Source of the DNA: Zygnema circumcarinatum SAG 698-1b
Lineage: Eukaryota; Plantae; Zygnematophyceae
Assembly: GCA_037447605.1 (NCBI GenBank)
Contig: CM074807.1
Coordinates: 682,001-746,000 of the forward strand
Length of the DNA stretch: 64,000 bases
Direction: 5' to 3'
Shown here: piece after piece, positions 1 through 13,025 of the stretch
How positions within the stretch are numbered: position 1 is the first letter of the stretch
Layout of the letters: the number at the start of each line of letters is the position of its first letter
Notes under the pieces: model-generated
Told to the model about the DNA's origin: nothing
What the model saw: only the letters and a program-made list of their open reading frames with translations
Database searches by the model: none
Made by a program: the position numbers and the translations under genes

Positions 1-205
1 AGAGAGAGGGGGAAAGAGAGAGAGAATTGGTCTCTTTTATCTGATCATTCTCATTTTTTTTTGGTCCCTCGTATGTCAAAATTCTCTGTTTCCTTCTCAC
101 TTTCCATCTGCTTTTCCTGTTTTTTTGAATTTCATTGTTTCTCTGCGCATTTTCATTACACTGACGACCCTCACTAAAGGGTTTTTTTTTTTGTATCTCT
201 TGCAG

Positions 206-883
206 AAAAACCGACCGGACGAAATAATAAAGCTCTGTTCACAAAAGATCAGCTCCGTTCTTCCCGATATCTACAAGGAAGTAAACGTACGTGTGTATAC
301 TCGGACTTCGGATAAAGATGCTGTAAGTGCTCTCTCTCTCTCTCTCTCTCTGCGTCATACTATGGAGGTAGAATCAACTGTATCTGCCATACTTTTTGTC
401 TTGCTTACCTTGTCATATTCTCCATTTGTGACACTACAGTTTCTTGTTCCCTCGTATGTTTTGGTAGAGGTGCGTAGCGATACGAGGCATGTCCTTAGTA
501 CAGAAACCAAGTATTGCGGTTACTAATGATGATATGCCACCACGATGAAATCTATCTTAACTTCAACGAGCATAATTCATGTCAATGTTGTTGTGATTGT
601 GCTCTTCTCTTTATTTGAAGTCTTCCATACCTGACATACATTTTTTATCTCGCCCTCTCTTTTTCCCTCCTCTTTTTACTTGATGATGGACCAGATCGAC
701 AGTCTGCGTGACGCAACCGAAAGGTACCAAGAGGTCAACTGGAATGGGCTCAACCAGCGCACTCCGCGGAAACGGCGGCGCAATGATGAACCTCAACGCT
801 CTCGCAACGGGCAATCAAGCAACGTTATGTCACTCTTTGGAGGGAATTTGCGCCATGACATAAAAAATGTTATAAGGCGGTGA
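206..883 (+). CDS. 3'-terminal two exons (206-322, 695-883) of an HD-domain dNTP triphosphohydrolase-like protein (SAMHD1/VEN4 family); gene starts upstream of the window
   Basis: GT-AG bounded, phase-0 exons translate as KNRPDEIIKLCSQKISSVLPDIYKEVNVRVYTRTSDKDA|IDSLRDATERYQEVNW...TPRKRRRN...*. This resembles the recalled SAMHD1/VEN4 C-terminus (xSxxLPxxxxExxxRVY followed by a TP-basic NLS-like tail). The HD motif is outside the window. Confidence 0.55.
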
Positions 884-1449
884 AAAAAAATCATACATTA
901 TAAAGAGTTTTAAGAAAAAAAAATACGGTCCAAGGTGAATTGGTTTTCATCCTATCAAAGTAGAAAGTTACAATCCCCTTTACTGCTGCTTTCCCTCTTT
1001 GACTCCAGACGGCGTTGAAGGATGCGGGTAAGGAGGAGGGCCTCCATTCCTTTCGTCCAATGGGAAGAAGGGAGGGTCATGCCGTATACTGCATTGGTCA
1101 TAGACCCAAAAACCAACAAATAACCAATTAGAACAACAGGATGTTGAAAATTTGTTCACAGGCTTGCCACAATCTCTACCACAAAAAGTTAATGCCCATA
1201 CACCCACATGCCCACATGTTTTGCAATCAATTTCTTAAAGTTGAAACGAGTTATGCAGATTGCGCTCTCTCTCAGTCTCCCCCTCACCCTCTCTCCCCCC
1301 AACTCTTAAATCTGTTAGAAGTCGCAAACACACAACACGCACTCACTCGATTTGTAGCTCTTACACCCTGGAACTCTTGAACTGGGACAGACACTCCACA
1401 GAGGAAAACAAGAAGGCGAGCACAAGATGGACAATTGAAGGCAGACGAC

Positions 1450-2207
1450 TCACGAGTCTGTCACGATGTAGAGCGAGTAGACAGCTCCTGGAACGTATCC
1501 CAATATCGTCAGCCCCACAGACACCTGCACAGACGGCACAAGGAGGAAATATGTGACCAATCTTAAGGCATTCATAAGACTAGTCAGACCATTAGCCATA
1601 ATCAGAACCTTTCATACTCATAATACGTTTATATGCTAAACTTATTCACCCATACGTTTGTGAACCGCACTGAGGAGACCCTTCCACAGAGCACAAGAAA
1701 AGCTGGGCACGTGAACATCTGGAAAGGCCCGGATGCAACATTTTGTGTCTTTCCATGGCCGCCTATGTTCGGTTCTTCGACATATTCAACTGGAAAGCTA
1801 CATTCCAATCGATGCAGATATATGTTGCTACTTTCAGACGGCTTCCAAATACAACTTTCATAACAAAGCTGTTTCAAAGGTAACTGCCAGGGTAGGACAC
1901 ATTTCCTTAAACAAATTCAGCAGTCTTCTACATACAAAGCGCTTACAAATAGCCCATACAAGCCTATTGGAAAAATCGCCCATGGGTTCATATAACTTTT
2001 TCAAGGGCAAGTGAGCGGCCACTCTTGCTAAAACTACAATCTTTACATTGTTGCCATTTTGCAGAAAGGAGGAAAGCTCACCCAAAATTCGACCTGACAA
2101 CCCTTCTTCATGAAGACTCCGAGTGGGGGGATTATGACTGCTTTCAGCGATGCGACGCAGTCAAAACAGGTCTCCAATTGATCATTGTTTACACAACCGT
2201 CCCCCAT
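1450..2207 (-). CDS. RCI2: RCI2/Pmp3 (UPF0057) small hydrophobic stress-induced membrane proteolipid, 66 aa, 2 exons (2207-2082, 1524-1450)
   Basis: Spliced: MGDGCVNNDQLETCFDCVASLKAVIIPPLGVFMKKGCQVEFW|VSVGLTILGYVPGAVYSLYIVTDS*. Carries the family signatures PPLGVF...GC..EFW and LTILGYxPG. GTGAG donor, CAG acceptor, phase 0. Too short per exon for the ORF track. Confidence 0.92.
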
Positions 2208-3916
2208 TGTTGAAAATCAACAAAACTGTACAAAGCAATGGACAATATATTGGTGTCAAGAAGTTATTCGTGACAAAGAAAATGAAAGGAAAAAACAAGC
2301 TATCACTATCTGCTTGACAGTGCTTTCAACATTCAGTTTACAAGAGAAATTTGAAAAACTGGTGCGACCCAGAAGATCATCAAATCACCACTCACAGAAG
2401 TTCAACACCCTGAAAACATATCAAATACAAAAGTTTAGTTCAACAACCTCTTCTACCCCCATCACAAAAGGCCCCTCCCGTCCAAGACCTTGGAAGCAAA
2501 TAGCAGTATTTGCCTCCAGGGTCACTCGACACTTTGAATCACATAAAAGAGACTCTAGTTCAGCATGTGATAAAGAGATTTGAAATACTTTCAATCTAGA
2601 GAAAATAAACGGTAAGGAGTAGATCGCAAGATAGCAAGAAATAATGCACTGTTGAACTTTATCACTTGCCAGTGAGGCACAAAGCACACTCACAGGTCGT
2701 AAGAAAATAAGGCTCGCTAACAGACAACTAACCACAAATGAAGCAACACATTCCAGAAAACAACGTAACAAACAGGCAAACAGAAAACGAGTTTCTTTCC
2801 TCTTTCCTCTTTCTTATTCTACCGCTTGCAGCAGGTATGGGTGTAATCCATTCCCAAGCTAGAGGTCACCGGCTCATTTCAAAGCCATCAAGACTGATCA
2901 ATAACATTGAAACAGACTGCTTGATAAGAAATTGAACGACGAAAGAATCAGATCAAATCACGTCACATCAAACGTACACCTTGATGTGCACGTGCATGAA
3001 CTATCAAACAATAACTCCCAACTTGCTCCCTCGTCATACACTGATTCACTGACTGTAACTTCCATCTTTACTCTGTGCCAGATAAGGCGCAAGCTCAAAT
3101 TGCAGAAGAAAAGCAGGCGAAGGACATATGAGACTTTCAGCAGCCTACAAGACAGACAGGCGTAGACTCCAAACACAATTTTCTCCGCGTGCATTGCTGC
3201 ATGCACTCTACAAGCCTGCCATGCAGATGCATCCTAAATTCAAATATTCACTTTTCCTGTCTCTCCAACATTCCAGCCGGTCCATAAACAAGCATCTACT
3301 TCTTTTTGTCACTCGAGCCAACAAAAAGAAGCAATCAGACAACAGATAATCGCCTTCAAGTTACTCCATTCCTTCAGCTTATGTCCTCCAAAAATCCAAC
3401 AAGCATGATTTCCATTCCAGGCACGCGCCTACCTCTCCTTCAACTCTCCCGACCAGCCGACCTGAAACACTACAAGGTGCCTTCAGACCGGCCTCCCAAA
3501 ACAGCCGCAAACCTTGGCCAAGGACCGCAGGGGAAGGAAGCGAAGGGTCTCAGCAAAAAAATACACCAAACGATCGCATACGTGAAGCCTGAAGGGCCTT
3601 CCAAAGGAAAAATGAAGCACCTTGATTGCTTCCACACAACTCTTTGTAGCTCTCTATACGACAACAGTAGTAATGCAGTATGTTCTGAGCCAAGCCAGCC
3701 CCCTCAATATCATCTCCCCTGTCAGCAGCGGGCCAGGCGCCACGCAGCCTGGGCGCCACGCGCCCCCCCGGCCCCGTGCCACGGCCCCCCGCCATGGCCG
3801 CCATGGCTGCTGCTGGAGGCGCCACACGGCATCAAGGAGACGCTGCTCCCGCGGTGGCGGGCCGCCAAGACCACACGTGTAAAGTCGGTTCCTCATTGGT
3901 CTCTTTTTGAAGTAGT

Positions 3917-3935
3917 CCAATCACAACGCGACACG
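3917..3935 (+). promoter_or_regulatory. CCAAT-N10-CACG (ERSE-like) module in the divergent region between RCI2 and the hAT-like gene
   Basis: CCAAT cacaacgcga CACG(TG); a second CACGTG lies ~45 bp upstream. Confidence 0.4.
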
Positions 3936-4836
3936 TGTGAACACGGGGTAGTTTACGCTTGGAGGACCCTGCTTGTCCGCAGGCCACAGAGAGACAGTTG
4001 GAAACGTAGCCGCTAATTTCGATACAATGAGATATAGTAAGCGATATATATTATATTAATATCGTGTCGATGTTCTGAATTCGGTTATCGGAGGATTGCA
4101 AGCGTGGCAGAATTTGGAAAATTTCAATTTTGAATTTCGTGGCCTCTGTAAGATGCCCTCGCTCTCTGAAGGCGGTAATGGCAGGCACTGGGCGCCCTGA
4201 GAGGGAGAGAGAGGGGGAGAGAGAGAGAAAGAGAGAGGGAGGGAGGGAGGGAGGGAGGGAGGGAGAGGGGGAGGGAGAACGGGAAGGCGCTTTCTGACAT
4301 ACGGATGACGGTCAGGGGAAAACGGGGGAGGAGGAGCTCTTAAGTTTGACTGATTTTTGGGGTGAGGATGCGTGGAATGTTTGGAAGGATGTGGGTGGTT
4401 ACGAGGAGGGATTAAGGTTAGAGATTGAGTGAGGATGTTATGTGAATGGATAAATGCTTTGAAGAATTAGGGTTGGAGGTTCTGTATGACCTGTGCAACT
4501 AAGGCTTCGTTTAAAAAGTGAAAAAAATTGAGAAAAAAAAAGTGAGACCTAGATAGAGGATATGCTTTTATGTGTCAGTTAATGTCGAAAAGACGTTGGA
4601 GCTGTCTTTAGCATGAGCTGGAATGCTGGAGAGGGATGAGCTTTGACGAACAAAAGATATGCGATCGGTTTCCCCCTTTTTTTCTGTATGAGGATTTGGA
4701 TGGCAGATGATATCACGATGTACTACAAAGGTCAACCTGTTTTAAAAGATAGACCGAGATTAGAGAAAAGCTGACTTCACAAACGGGCCATCTATTGTTT
4801 GTTTATATCCCGCAGCTTCCTATTTGCAGTCAAAAT

Positions 4837-6933
4837 ATGAACACCTTCATGGGTGACGTGAAGGAGGAAAATGGCGGACAGATTGTTCCTCTTGGGATGC
4901 TCGGGGAGCCACAGCAACAGCAACACCAAGAAGGAGCTGATTCCCAACTCCTAACTATGGAAGACTTGAGAGCATGCAGGAAAGTGGTGCCGTCCGGCAC
5001 AACCTCACAAGCTTGGGAGCACTTCAAAGTGCTTGCAGATGGCCGCTTCCCTGACAGAGCTTTCTGCAACCACTGTGATATGGTTATCAAGAGGGGCTCC
5101 GCTTCGAGCTCCAGTAACTTGTTTTCTCATTTGAGGGTCCACCACAAAGAGCTTTACGCAAATGAAGTTGTAGATAAGATGGAGTCAGGGACCTTCCGTG
5201 ACAAGTTCGTGAAATGGGTTTCGAACGATGTTCAATGTCTGTGGGTGGGAGAAGACGATGACTTTAGGGAGATGATTCGCCATGGAGGCCCGAGGGTGTA
5301 TGTTCCGGATCGACATGCGGTAGCCAAAAGGTTGACAGAAATAGAACTTCATGTTCGCCAAAATTTGAAGCAGTTAGTGAAGGGAGAGAGTGTGAGCATC
5401 ACCATTGATACTTGGATGTCTGAAAGCCAAGTGCCCTACCTTGCTGTGACCTCAAGTTTCATCAACAAGAACTGGGACTTGGTTACCGCTGCCCTGCACT
5501 GCGATTCCTTTGCCGGAACTCACAGTGCAGAAGCTGTTTCTGCCGAAGTTAAGGAGATTCTTAGGGGCTATGGCATCCCTTCAAAGAGTATTATAGCTTG
5601 CGTGACTGATTTAGCTCCCACTTTACGAACGACCGGGATGTTGGTGGAGTTTGATTGGCATGGCTGCTTGGCTCACCTTCTCGACCTAGTAACGAGCACG
5701 TTCTTGAATGGGCCGGGTGTGCCGGAGGTCATACAATCAGTGCGCGCCCTTGTTGGACACTTTCAGGGTTCAGCCAAAGCTAGAGATGCCTTAGAAATGT
5801 TGGCAACTGCAATGGGGGTGAAGTGGAAGATTCTCATTCCTGATGTAGCTCCCTATTGGTGGAGCACATACGCCATGCTTGCCTCTGTGCTTCATTTGCA
5901 GCAGCCTTTGAGGGGGATGATGGCAAGTCTCCCAACCTCTGCCAAGTTATCAGAGCACGCGTGGGGTGTCATTACTCGAGGAGTCGTCCTTTTGGAGCCC
6001 TTCACAGTGGCTCAGAAAATGTTGGAAGGAGAGAGGCATGTGACTGTAAGCTGGCTCCCTCATTTGCTCAATGTGTTGCTGCATTCCCTGAGGAAAATCA
6101 CCACCGACTCCCTTTCAAAGGAGTCTTTAGACCCGTCTCTGCATGACATTGCTAGCATCATGTATGAGGACTTCATCAAGGTGTTCGGAGATGGAGAAGT
6201 TTCCTCTCTTCCGAGGAAGATAATGTGGGCGGCTGCGTTAGATCCCCGCACTAAGTCCCTCGCCCATTTGACAGAATTCCAGCAAGACGTTATCTGGGAT
6301 GAAATATCAACTGCTGCCATGAGCAAGTACGATGCAGCTGTTGCCAACGCCGCAATGGCTCAATCGGAAGCAGAGAACTCTACCCCCCCCATAGAGCTTC
6401 GAAGAATGGGGACCCCTCAAACTCCCCGCGGAGTGGTACTGAATGGAGCAGACGTTAGTGACGACGAGGATGACATTTTCGAGCAGGCAAATGGGAGGTC
6501 TACGCCTACTCAGGCTGTTGTTCCCGTGCAGGACAGGTCTGCAGAAATGGAAAGGCAGCAGCATATGGAGAGATTGCAGCATGAGATTAAGGCCTATAGG
6601 AGTAGAGCCCCTCTGATTCACACAGCGAAGCTACCAGCCAATCCTCTGCAGTGGTGGGCTACGCAGCAAGTAGTCTTTCCCTCTCTCAGCTCACTGGCCC
6701 GCTCTCTCCTTGCTGTACCGGCCACAGCTATGGCTATGGAGACTGTCTTTTCTGTAGGAGGGCAGCTGAATGTGGCTAAGAGGAATAGGCTGAGTGGGCC
6801 AAGCGCGGGCCAAATGGTGTTCCTGCATGGAGCCTGGAAGCAAACTGAAGCGCTCACTACTCTCAAGGGGATGAAGCGGTTGGCAGAGAATGCTCCTGGC
6901 AGCGCTGGGAAGAGCTCTAAGGTCAAGGTGTAG
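4837..6933 (+). CDS. Intronless BED zinc finger / hAT transposase-derived protein (ZBED/SLEEPER-like, ~698 aa), probably domesticated
   Basis: BED finger AWEHF...CNHC...NLFSHLRVHH; RNase-H-like core SITIDTW, CVTD, CLAH; C-terminal hAT dimerization region NPLQWW...FPSLSSLARSLLAVPATAMAMETVFS. First ATG after a CAG acceptor is at 4837. No flanking TIR/TSD pair found. Confidence 0.9.
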   Translation: MNTFMGDVKEENGGQIVPLGMLGEPQQQQHQEGADSQLLTMEDLRACRKVVPSGTTSQAWEHFKVLADGRFPDRAFCNHCDMVIKRGSASSSSNLFSHLRVHHKELYANEVVDKMESGTFRDKFVKWVSNDVQCLWVGEDDDFREMIRHGGPRVYVPDRHAVAKRLTEIELHVRQNLKQLVKGESVSITIDTWMSESQVPYLAVTSSFINKNWDLVTAALHCDSFAGTHSAEAVSAEVKEILRGYGIPSKSIIACVTDLAPTLRTTGMLVEFDWHGCLAHLLDLVTSTFLNGPGVPEVIQSVRALVGHFQGSAKARDALEMLATAMGVKWKILIPDVAPYWWSTYAMLASVLHLQQPLRGMMASLPTSAKLSEHAWGVITRGVVLLEPFTVAQKMLEGERHVTVSWLPHLLNVLLHSLRKITTDSLSKESLDPSLHDIASIMYEDFIKVFGDGEVSSLPRKIMWAAALDPRTKSLAHLTEFQQDVIWDEISTAAMSKYDAAVANAAMAQSEAENSTPPIELRRMGTPQTPRGVVLNGADVSDDEDDIFEQANGRSTPTQAVVPVQDRSAEMERQQHMERLQHEIKAYRSRAPLIHTAKLPANPLQWWATQQVVFPSLSSLARSLLAVPATAMAMETVFSVGGQLNVAKRNRLSGPSAGQMVFLHGAWKQTEALTTLKGMKRLAENAPGSAGKSSKVKV

Positions 6934-7903
6934 GGAGGGTGGGAGTGATGTTGGGAGGGGTGGGAGTGATGGTGGGAGTGTCGAGAGTGATGTTGGTAGC
7001 AGTGGAAGAGATTTTACATGAGAGGTATATGTCTTTGATGTAGTGGGTGTGTGCATATATGTCCACGAGGTATGGAGGGAGAGGGCAACCCCGCTGGTTA
7101 TTAGGGGAGCCCTTACTCCCAACGCACAAAGTGGGCTATTGTTAGGCTCGAGGTGTTCATCAGCTGTTCTTACAATACGGGTAGGTCCAATAAGTTTTGC
7201 AGGTCCGCGGAATGAGTGAGAGGTTGTTAAAGACAAGTTGCTCTCTCCCTCTCTGTCTCTCCCCCCTCTCTCTCCATTTCCCTCCAGTTAGCTAGCTAGC
7301 ATTAGGTTCAAGTTAAGTCACATGTAAAGTTCTAGTTAAGAAGTTTAAGGTCACCGTTCCGTGGTTTCCAACCTTCCGGAATTGCTTCCATCCTTTCTGA
7401 ATGCTTTACGGTTGCATTCTGGCATCCTCATTTGTGACTATATCGTTCACATGATTATATATATACCATATACTATGACTATACCGCTATACCATGCACA
7501 CATGCCGTTGTGCCCAGCAGATAAGCATTGTTGCTCGCGTTCATGCTTGCTTACAACACCTTCACATGTTCTCATCATTCTCGAAGGAGCCATGGAGTAT
7601 ACCATGCACTGAACCATCATCAGGCCCAACTCGGAGAAAAACCACGAGATCACATAAAGGAGGGAGGCCGACACACAGACTCGATAGCTCAGAGAGAGAG
7701 TTTAAGGTCACACAATGTGGGAGCCGAAGCCAAGTTTTTCAAGCTTTCCAAAACGATCAGATCAACAATATGTTGATATATGAATATCAATACATGAGGG
7801 GCCGCGGGGGAGGGCGCCAAGTAGAGCGAAAAAATGGGGGGACCATATACAGCACACTCTGAACCCTAACATTGGAGGGTTTAGGCATTGGGTATCCCTC
7901 CCC

Positions 7904-10900
7904 TCAGAAGCGCTCCAAGAGGGCGGAGGTGCGCTCCCTCAGAGAGGGCGGGAGGGAGGAAATGGCCTCCTCAATTTCCTAAAGAGCCATTCCTCCACAT
8001 GCACCCACATTCAGACAAGTCGTTACTTAATGAAAATCCCGATAATTTGCAGTCCACTAGGCCGATCGATTTTGCAAAATATTGTTTCTGGGTTTTGTCA
8101 AAGGACAGGAGGGAGGAGAAGGGAGGGAAGAAGGGGAAAAGAGGGTGAGGAAATGGAGGGCGAGAAGGAGAGGGGGAGAGGGTAGGAGAGTGGCGGGAGG
8201 GCAGAAGAGGAGCCACACTGTTTCAGCAAACGCAAAACTGAAGACATAGAACTTACGGATCGTTTGTAGCGCGCGGAAAAGTGAATGAAGAGAATGGCCT
8301 TGTTTTGAAATTTGTCGGCGAGAGCGATGACCTGCGTTCCATGTGAGCCCAATCCGTAAATCCGTTAGAACACAGTGGAGCTAAATCATTCAAAAGAACA
8401 GCGTGAAGAGCATAGAAGAGCGCCAGGTAACCAATTCAAAACAGCAAAAAAATGTCAAAAAAAGCCCAGAACAAAAAAACCCCACCTACCGATTCAGTTT
8501 ACTGCATCCCTTCATCCATTCCATTTCAAAAAAGGTAAAATTTTTCACCTCTGAAAGTTTAGTATGTCCAAACTTGCGCGCATGTTCCACTGTCACGGAA
8601 TCATCCACAAACGTAACCTGTGCGTGTTCACACTGGACCCATTTCAGATCTTATCTCTTTCATTTCCCCTTCATTTTTTTTTCCCAAACTTAAGAACTTA
8701 AAGCCGCTACAAGAAGGCCCTAAACCGTTGAACCTTAGGAAGCCAAACAACAAATAGGGTCTACATTGAATTTTTTTTTTTTAAACGAAGGGTTCAATGG
8801 CTAACCCTAACTGGGTTTCCGGCATATAGGATTTTCCGGCAACCCTAATTACCTCCATAATCAGCAACTTTGCTTTCAGAGCATCCGCATTTGCAGGATC
8901 CGTAATCCACTCCGCCGTTGTATCTCCCGTAAAGGCAACTTCGGGCTCTTCAATACTGTAAGTCACCTGCCCAGCCTCTCTATGCGGAAAATTTGAAGAA
9001 ATATAACAAATAACGACAAGGCAATGTCATGCATGTCTCCTCTCTCTCTCTCTCTCTTCCATTCTCTCCCTCTCCCTCTCGGTGTGTCTCTTGCCACCTC
9101 TCTCCCTCTCTCTTTCCGCTTTTTCTAGTCTCCTATGCCTGCCCAATTCGCTCTCCCTCTTCCGCTCTCTCGTCTCCTTTAGCCTCTTCTTTCCTCACTT
9201 CTCTACTCTCTCTTTCTCCACCCTTGATTCTCTCTCTCTCTCTCTCTCCCTCTCTCTCCCCCACTCCCTCATCACTCCCTTACCCCAATCACAGGCACCC
9301 AAACAAGATAGAGAAATCTCCCTCACCTCTACTCCTGCTTTCCTCAATTTGCCTATCTCCTGTCCTGGAAGACCACAGAACTCCGCCCTCAGTTTCTGTT
9401 TTACTGAATACAGCACATACCCCTGTTCCCCCCTTNNNNNNNNNNCCCCCCCCCCCCCCCCCCCCCCCCCCCACCAAAATAGTTCAGCCCATGTGTTCCT
9501 TACGTTTTAAACTTCCATGAATAGAAGCCAAAGTGTTTCAGCTACAAAAATTGGCTTTTGGGTCATTCACATTCTTCAGAAAATTTGCGATGCTTGGGTA
9601 CCTTACGAGTAATTAGGGTTCAAACATTTGTACGAAATAAGGGTTTACCTGACTGGGAATGCAATGATAAGTTCGAAAGGGCCGTACAATCACTTCTTTG
9701 TTCAGCCTATACTCTTCACCGACCTGCATTCAAAGCCCCCCCCTCTTCCTCAAAGCGAGTCCCCCATATTCAAAACCTTTCAAATTTTAACTTTTTACAT
9801 AGTGGAAAAGCAAGACCAACCATGCTGGTTTGAAGAGCTGCACATGTTCAGGACCCTTCAAACTCCCAAATTTCAAAAGCTTTTAAGATAAAATCGTCCC
9901 TACAATAAGGCACTTCCTACATTCATTCTTCCGAGTTATTATTGTCTACCCCATTTCCCATTTTAGGGTTCCCATTCCTCCCCCTCCTCCTCCCTCACAT
10001 TCATGCCAATTAGGTTAACCCGAAGATTGCGTTCCCCCTCCGGAACAAGGTCCCACGAGTGGTCGAGTCGGTGGAGGGCTTCCAAGAAGGCCTTCGTGTT
10101 CGCGACCTCGCCAGCTGGCAGCACCACATTGGGCGGTTTCATCGACAACAAATCCCTCGTCGCCACGTGGAAGCCGAGGCCGCCCTGCATTCAGGATTGC
10201 TCGAACCGTTTGATTCAGACGCTTACTTTTGCCAGACAATACAGTTTGAATGAGAAGACATTATTGTCATTACATATGCTGTACATTGAATAAGCATGTA
10301 TACACATAACCATTCATGTAAGCCGATACGTGTATCGAAAGTATGTATGCATCGATGTAATTGCAGAATGCATGCAGGCTACTGTTATTGGCGTATGTCA
10401 GAATGCAGGTAAGAAACCTCAACACATTGAACCTTCAAACCCCATCCTGCTTCAAACCCCCTTCTGCTTGAAACCCCTTTCTCCTTCAAACCCACTTCTC
10501 CTTCAAACCCCCTTCTGCTTCAAACCCCCTCCTGCTTCAAACCCTCTTCTCCTTCAAACCCCCTTCTCCTTCAAACCCCCTTCTGCAACCCCCTTCTGCT
10601 TCAAACCCCCTTCTGCTTCAAACCCCCTTCTGCCGGTTCTGAACTGAAGAACCTTCGAACCCCCACACACCAAACCCTGAAACCCTAAACCCTAAACCCT
10701 TGCCCACTGACTGACTCACAATATGGTCGAGATGCGCGTGGCTGACGAGCACGCAGTCCCCTACCGCGACTGCGCGCGGCGGACACCTCCCGATGTCAAA
10801 GGCGACCTTGAAGCGAGGGAGGAGGAGGCAGGTCTCCTGTCCGCCCACGGAGACGCCCTCCACCGCGAACCCGCCCACAGTGAGCCGGCTCACTCCGCCG

Positions 10901-11609
10901 CTGGAAGAAGCTTCCGGAGCAGCTTGGGCTCCGTTCAGGGACTCTGCAACACATGCAGAATTGAAGCATGCATTACAAGATCTGCATGCAGGAGGTATGT
11001 TTATCATTAAGGGGATTGCTGGAATCGTTTCTACGGATCAGTTTTGTTTTGTTTTGTTTTTTTTTTTTTTTTTTGATTGGGAATAGGGTAGAGTGGCAAG
11101 TGTGTCTGTTGTGTGTGAGTGATTTCGTAAAGTCGAAATTCATCTGTTTAGCTTTTTCTGATGGAAGAGCGTTAAGTCTGTAGGGGAGATATGAGATACA
11201 AAAAATTACACTCAGAGTTGGAATGCTTTTGGACATAAGATTTGGGGCCATCGATTTATCAGGATAAGAGTTGGTAGCTTGAAAGAACACAAAGAATAAA
11301 ACGGGACTTAAGTTAGATTACGTTCATAAAATAATACATGTTAATATAACTAAATGGTTATAACAATGTCCAAATTTGACGACTATCCCCTCCTCCCAGT
11401 GCGAGCTTTTGAGATTTCAAGGGTTTTCAAGGATTTTAGAGTCTTAAATATAGGGTTTTGATCAATACACTTCACAAAAAGCGAAAAGTATTGACTCAAA
11501 CGTTCGCAGAGAAAGCTAACGACTCATATCTTTCCAAGCATTCCGGCTCACTTCCCCCCTGCACCGCACCTTGCGTTGTTTCTGCTTGCTGCTGCAGCCC
11601 TCCCGCCAT
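7904..11609 (-). CDS. TRZ1: tRNase Z, short TM-type (TRZ1-like metallo-beta-lactamase), ~9 exons
   Basis: Exons give EGVSVGGQETC, AFDIGRCP, SHAHLDHI|GGL, YHCIPSQ|GY, EVAFTGDTT, IME|VTF, FGHTK, IHFSARY, and the final exon EIEEAISSLPPSLRERTSALLERF* (7978-7904). GT-AG junctions with compatible phases where checked. Confidence 0.93.
10433..10633. repeat. ~17-bp minisatellite (CTTCAAACCCCCTTCTG-like), about 12 degenerate copies, intronic in TRZ1
   Basis: Direct reading of tandem units. Confidence 0.85.
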
Positions 11610-13025
11610 GGCCCGCCCCGCCTCCTCCCTTTCCCTCCGCGCATTCTCCACTTTCCCTCTCTTCCTTATCCAGCTCCCCCCCCTATCGATACATCCCGAT
11701 ATACCGCCTCCCCCCCATACCGCAACCCTAGGGCTTGCAGGAGAAAGGCGTGCGGGCAAGGCCGCCACGTGGCTGCAGGAAAAAAATAGGGCAGACGGCA
11801 GGGCGCGGAGGAGGCAGGCTGGGGCAGCCTTCATGGCTGACCGCCGCTAACCTTAGCCCGAAACCACGAGCCATTCGATACACTTGCGATATACCGAGAT
11901 TCGAACTATCGCGATATATCATCCAGACATTCCATACGATATCGTATCGTGAGCGGTTTTTACGATATTTGGAAGCTGGAGCTTTGACTGAATTAACTCG
12001 GGGTACACGTGACAACGAATTATTGGCAGCCATTGTTTGACTCGGTTCAACATGAACTAAGTCCTTTGTTCGTGTATCCGAAGGGAGCTAAACACATCTG
12101 CAAAGTACTTCTTCTAGGATCGTCACGAGCATCAATACGTGGCGGATGTGGCCTATGCGGGACCACGATGACGACTTTTTTTGTCGTTAAGTGTACATGT
12201 GGACAAAAGTCAAAGCCAGTCAACCGGTCGCAGATTCTTCCCATGGCCGCCGTACAGCAACCTCCAACGGCCACACTCCCTACGCGACAAGCACGCAGGA
12301 CGCAGGCCGCCGGTCCGCCTCTCGCCGCCCGCCACGTGTCATGGTTCTCCGCCCGCCCGCCCGCCCGCCCGCCCGCCCCCGCCGGCGGCTGCTTGGAGGA
12401 GCAGCAGGCGGGCAGCGCAGGGTCCCCCCGGCAGCCATGGCTGCCGGACTGGGGTGCGGCCCGGCCCTGCTCTGAGGGAGGGAGGGAGAGAGTGGCGGCT
12501 TGAGAGGCGGCCCGCTCTATGCTTGAAAGAGGCACAACCCTTTGGTTGAGGTGCAAGTTGGAGAGGAGAGGAAGGAATGCCCGCGCAGCCCTCCCTCCCT
12601 CCCTCCCGGGACCCCGCACAGGACAGAACTTGGCTCTGAACCCTTCCTTCCCTCCCTCCCTCCCTCCCTCCCTCCCTCCCTTCCTCCCTCCATCCCTCCC
12701 GGGCCCCCGCACAGGACAGGACGGGACTTGGCTCTGAACCCTTCCCTCCCTCCTTCCCTCCCTGTCGGCAGCGAGCAGCAAAGCGAGCCTGCCTCGGGCG
12801 GGGTCATCCCAACAGGGGACCGACCGGTCCATGCACGCTTCCCAGTTCCAAACAAACTTACATTGGGCTCATAGAAACAGTTACAACCCACCCCCCCCCC
12901 CCCTATGAACAAGCTCCTGGCGCCTCACTCTGCTCTCATGTACAACAACAAACACCAACAAAAAGATTGTAGCCCCGCCTAGCCCCCCCCCTTCCTCCCC
13001 CGCCAGCACTTTAGTCAAACTAAAG

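Noticed and set aside
3306-4016. 236-aa + ORF and overlapping - ORFs
   Set aside because: GC-rich promoter/leader sequence with no recognisable domain; could be the RCI2 5' UTR.
4000-7400. Intact autonomous hAT element around the transposase-like ORF
   Set aside because: No matching inverted termini or 8-bp TSD found, and no TATAGATCCGTAT ends as in the MITE.
12009-12912. Several overlapping GC-rich ORFs and a small ~60-bp local duplication
   Set aside because: Low complexity, no splice-consistent model or motif.
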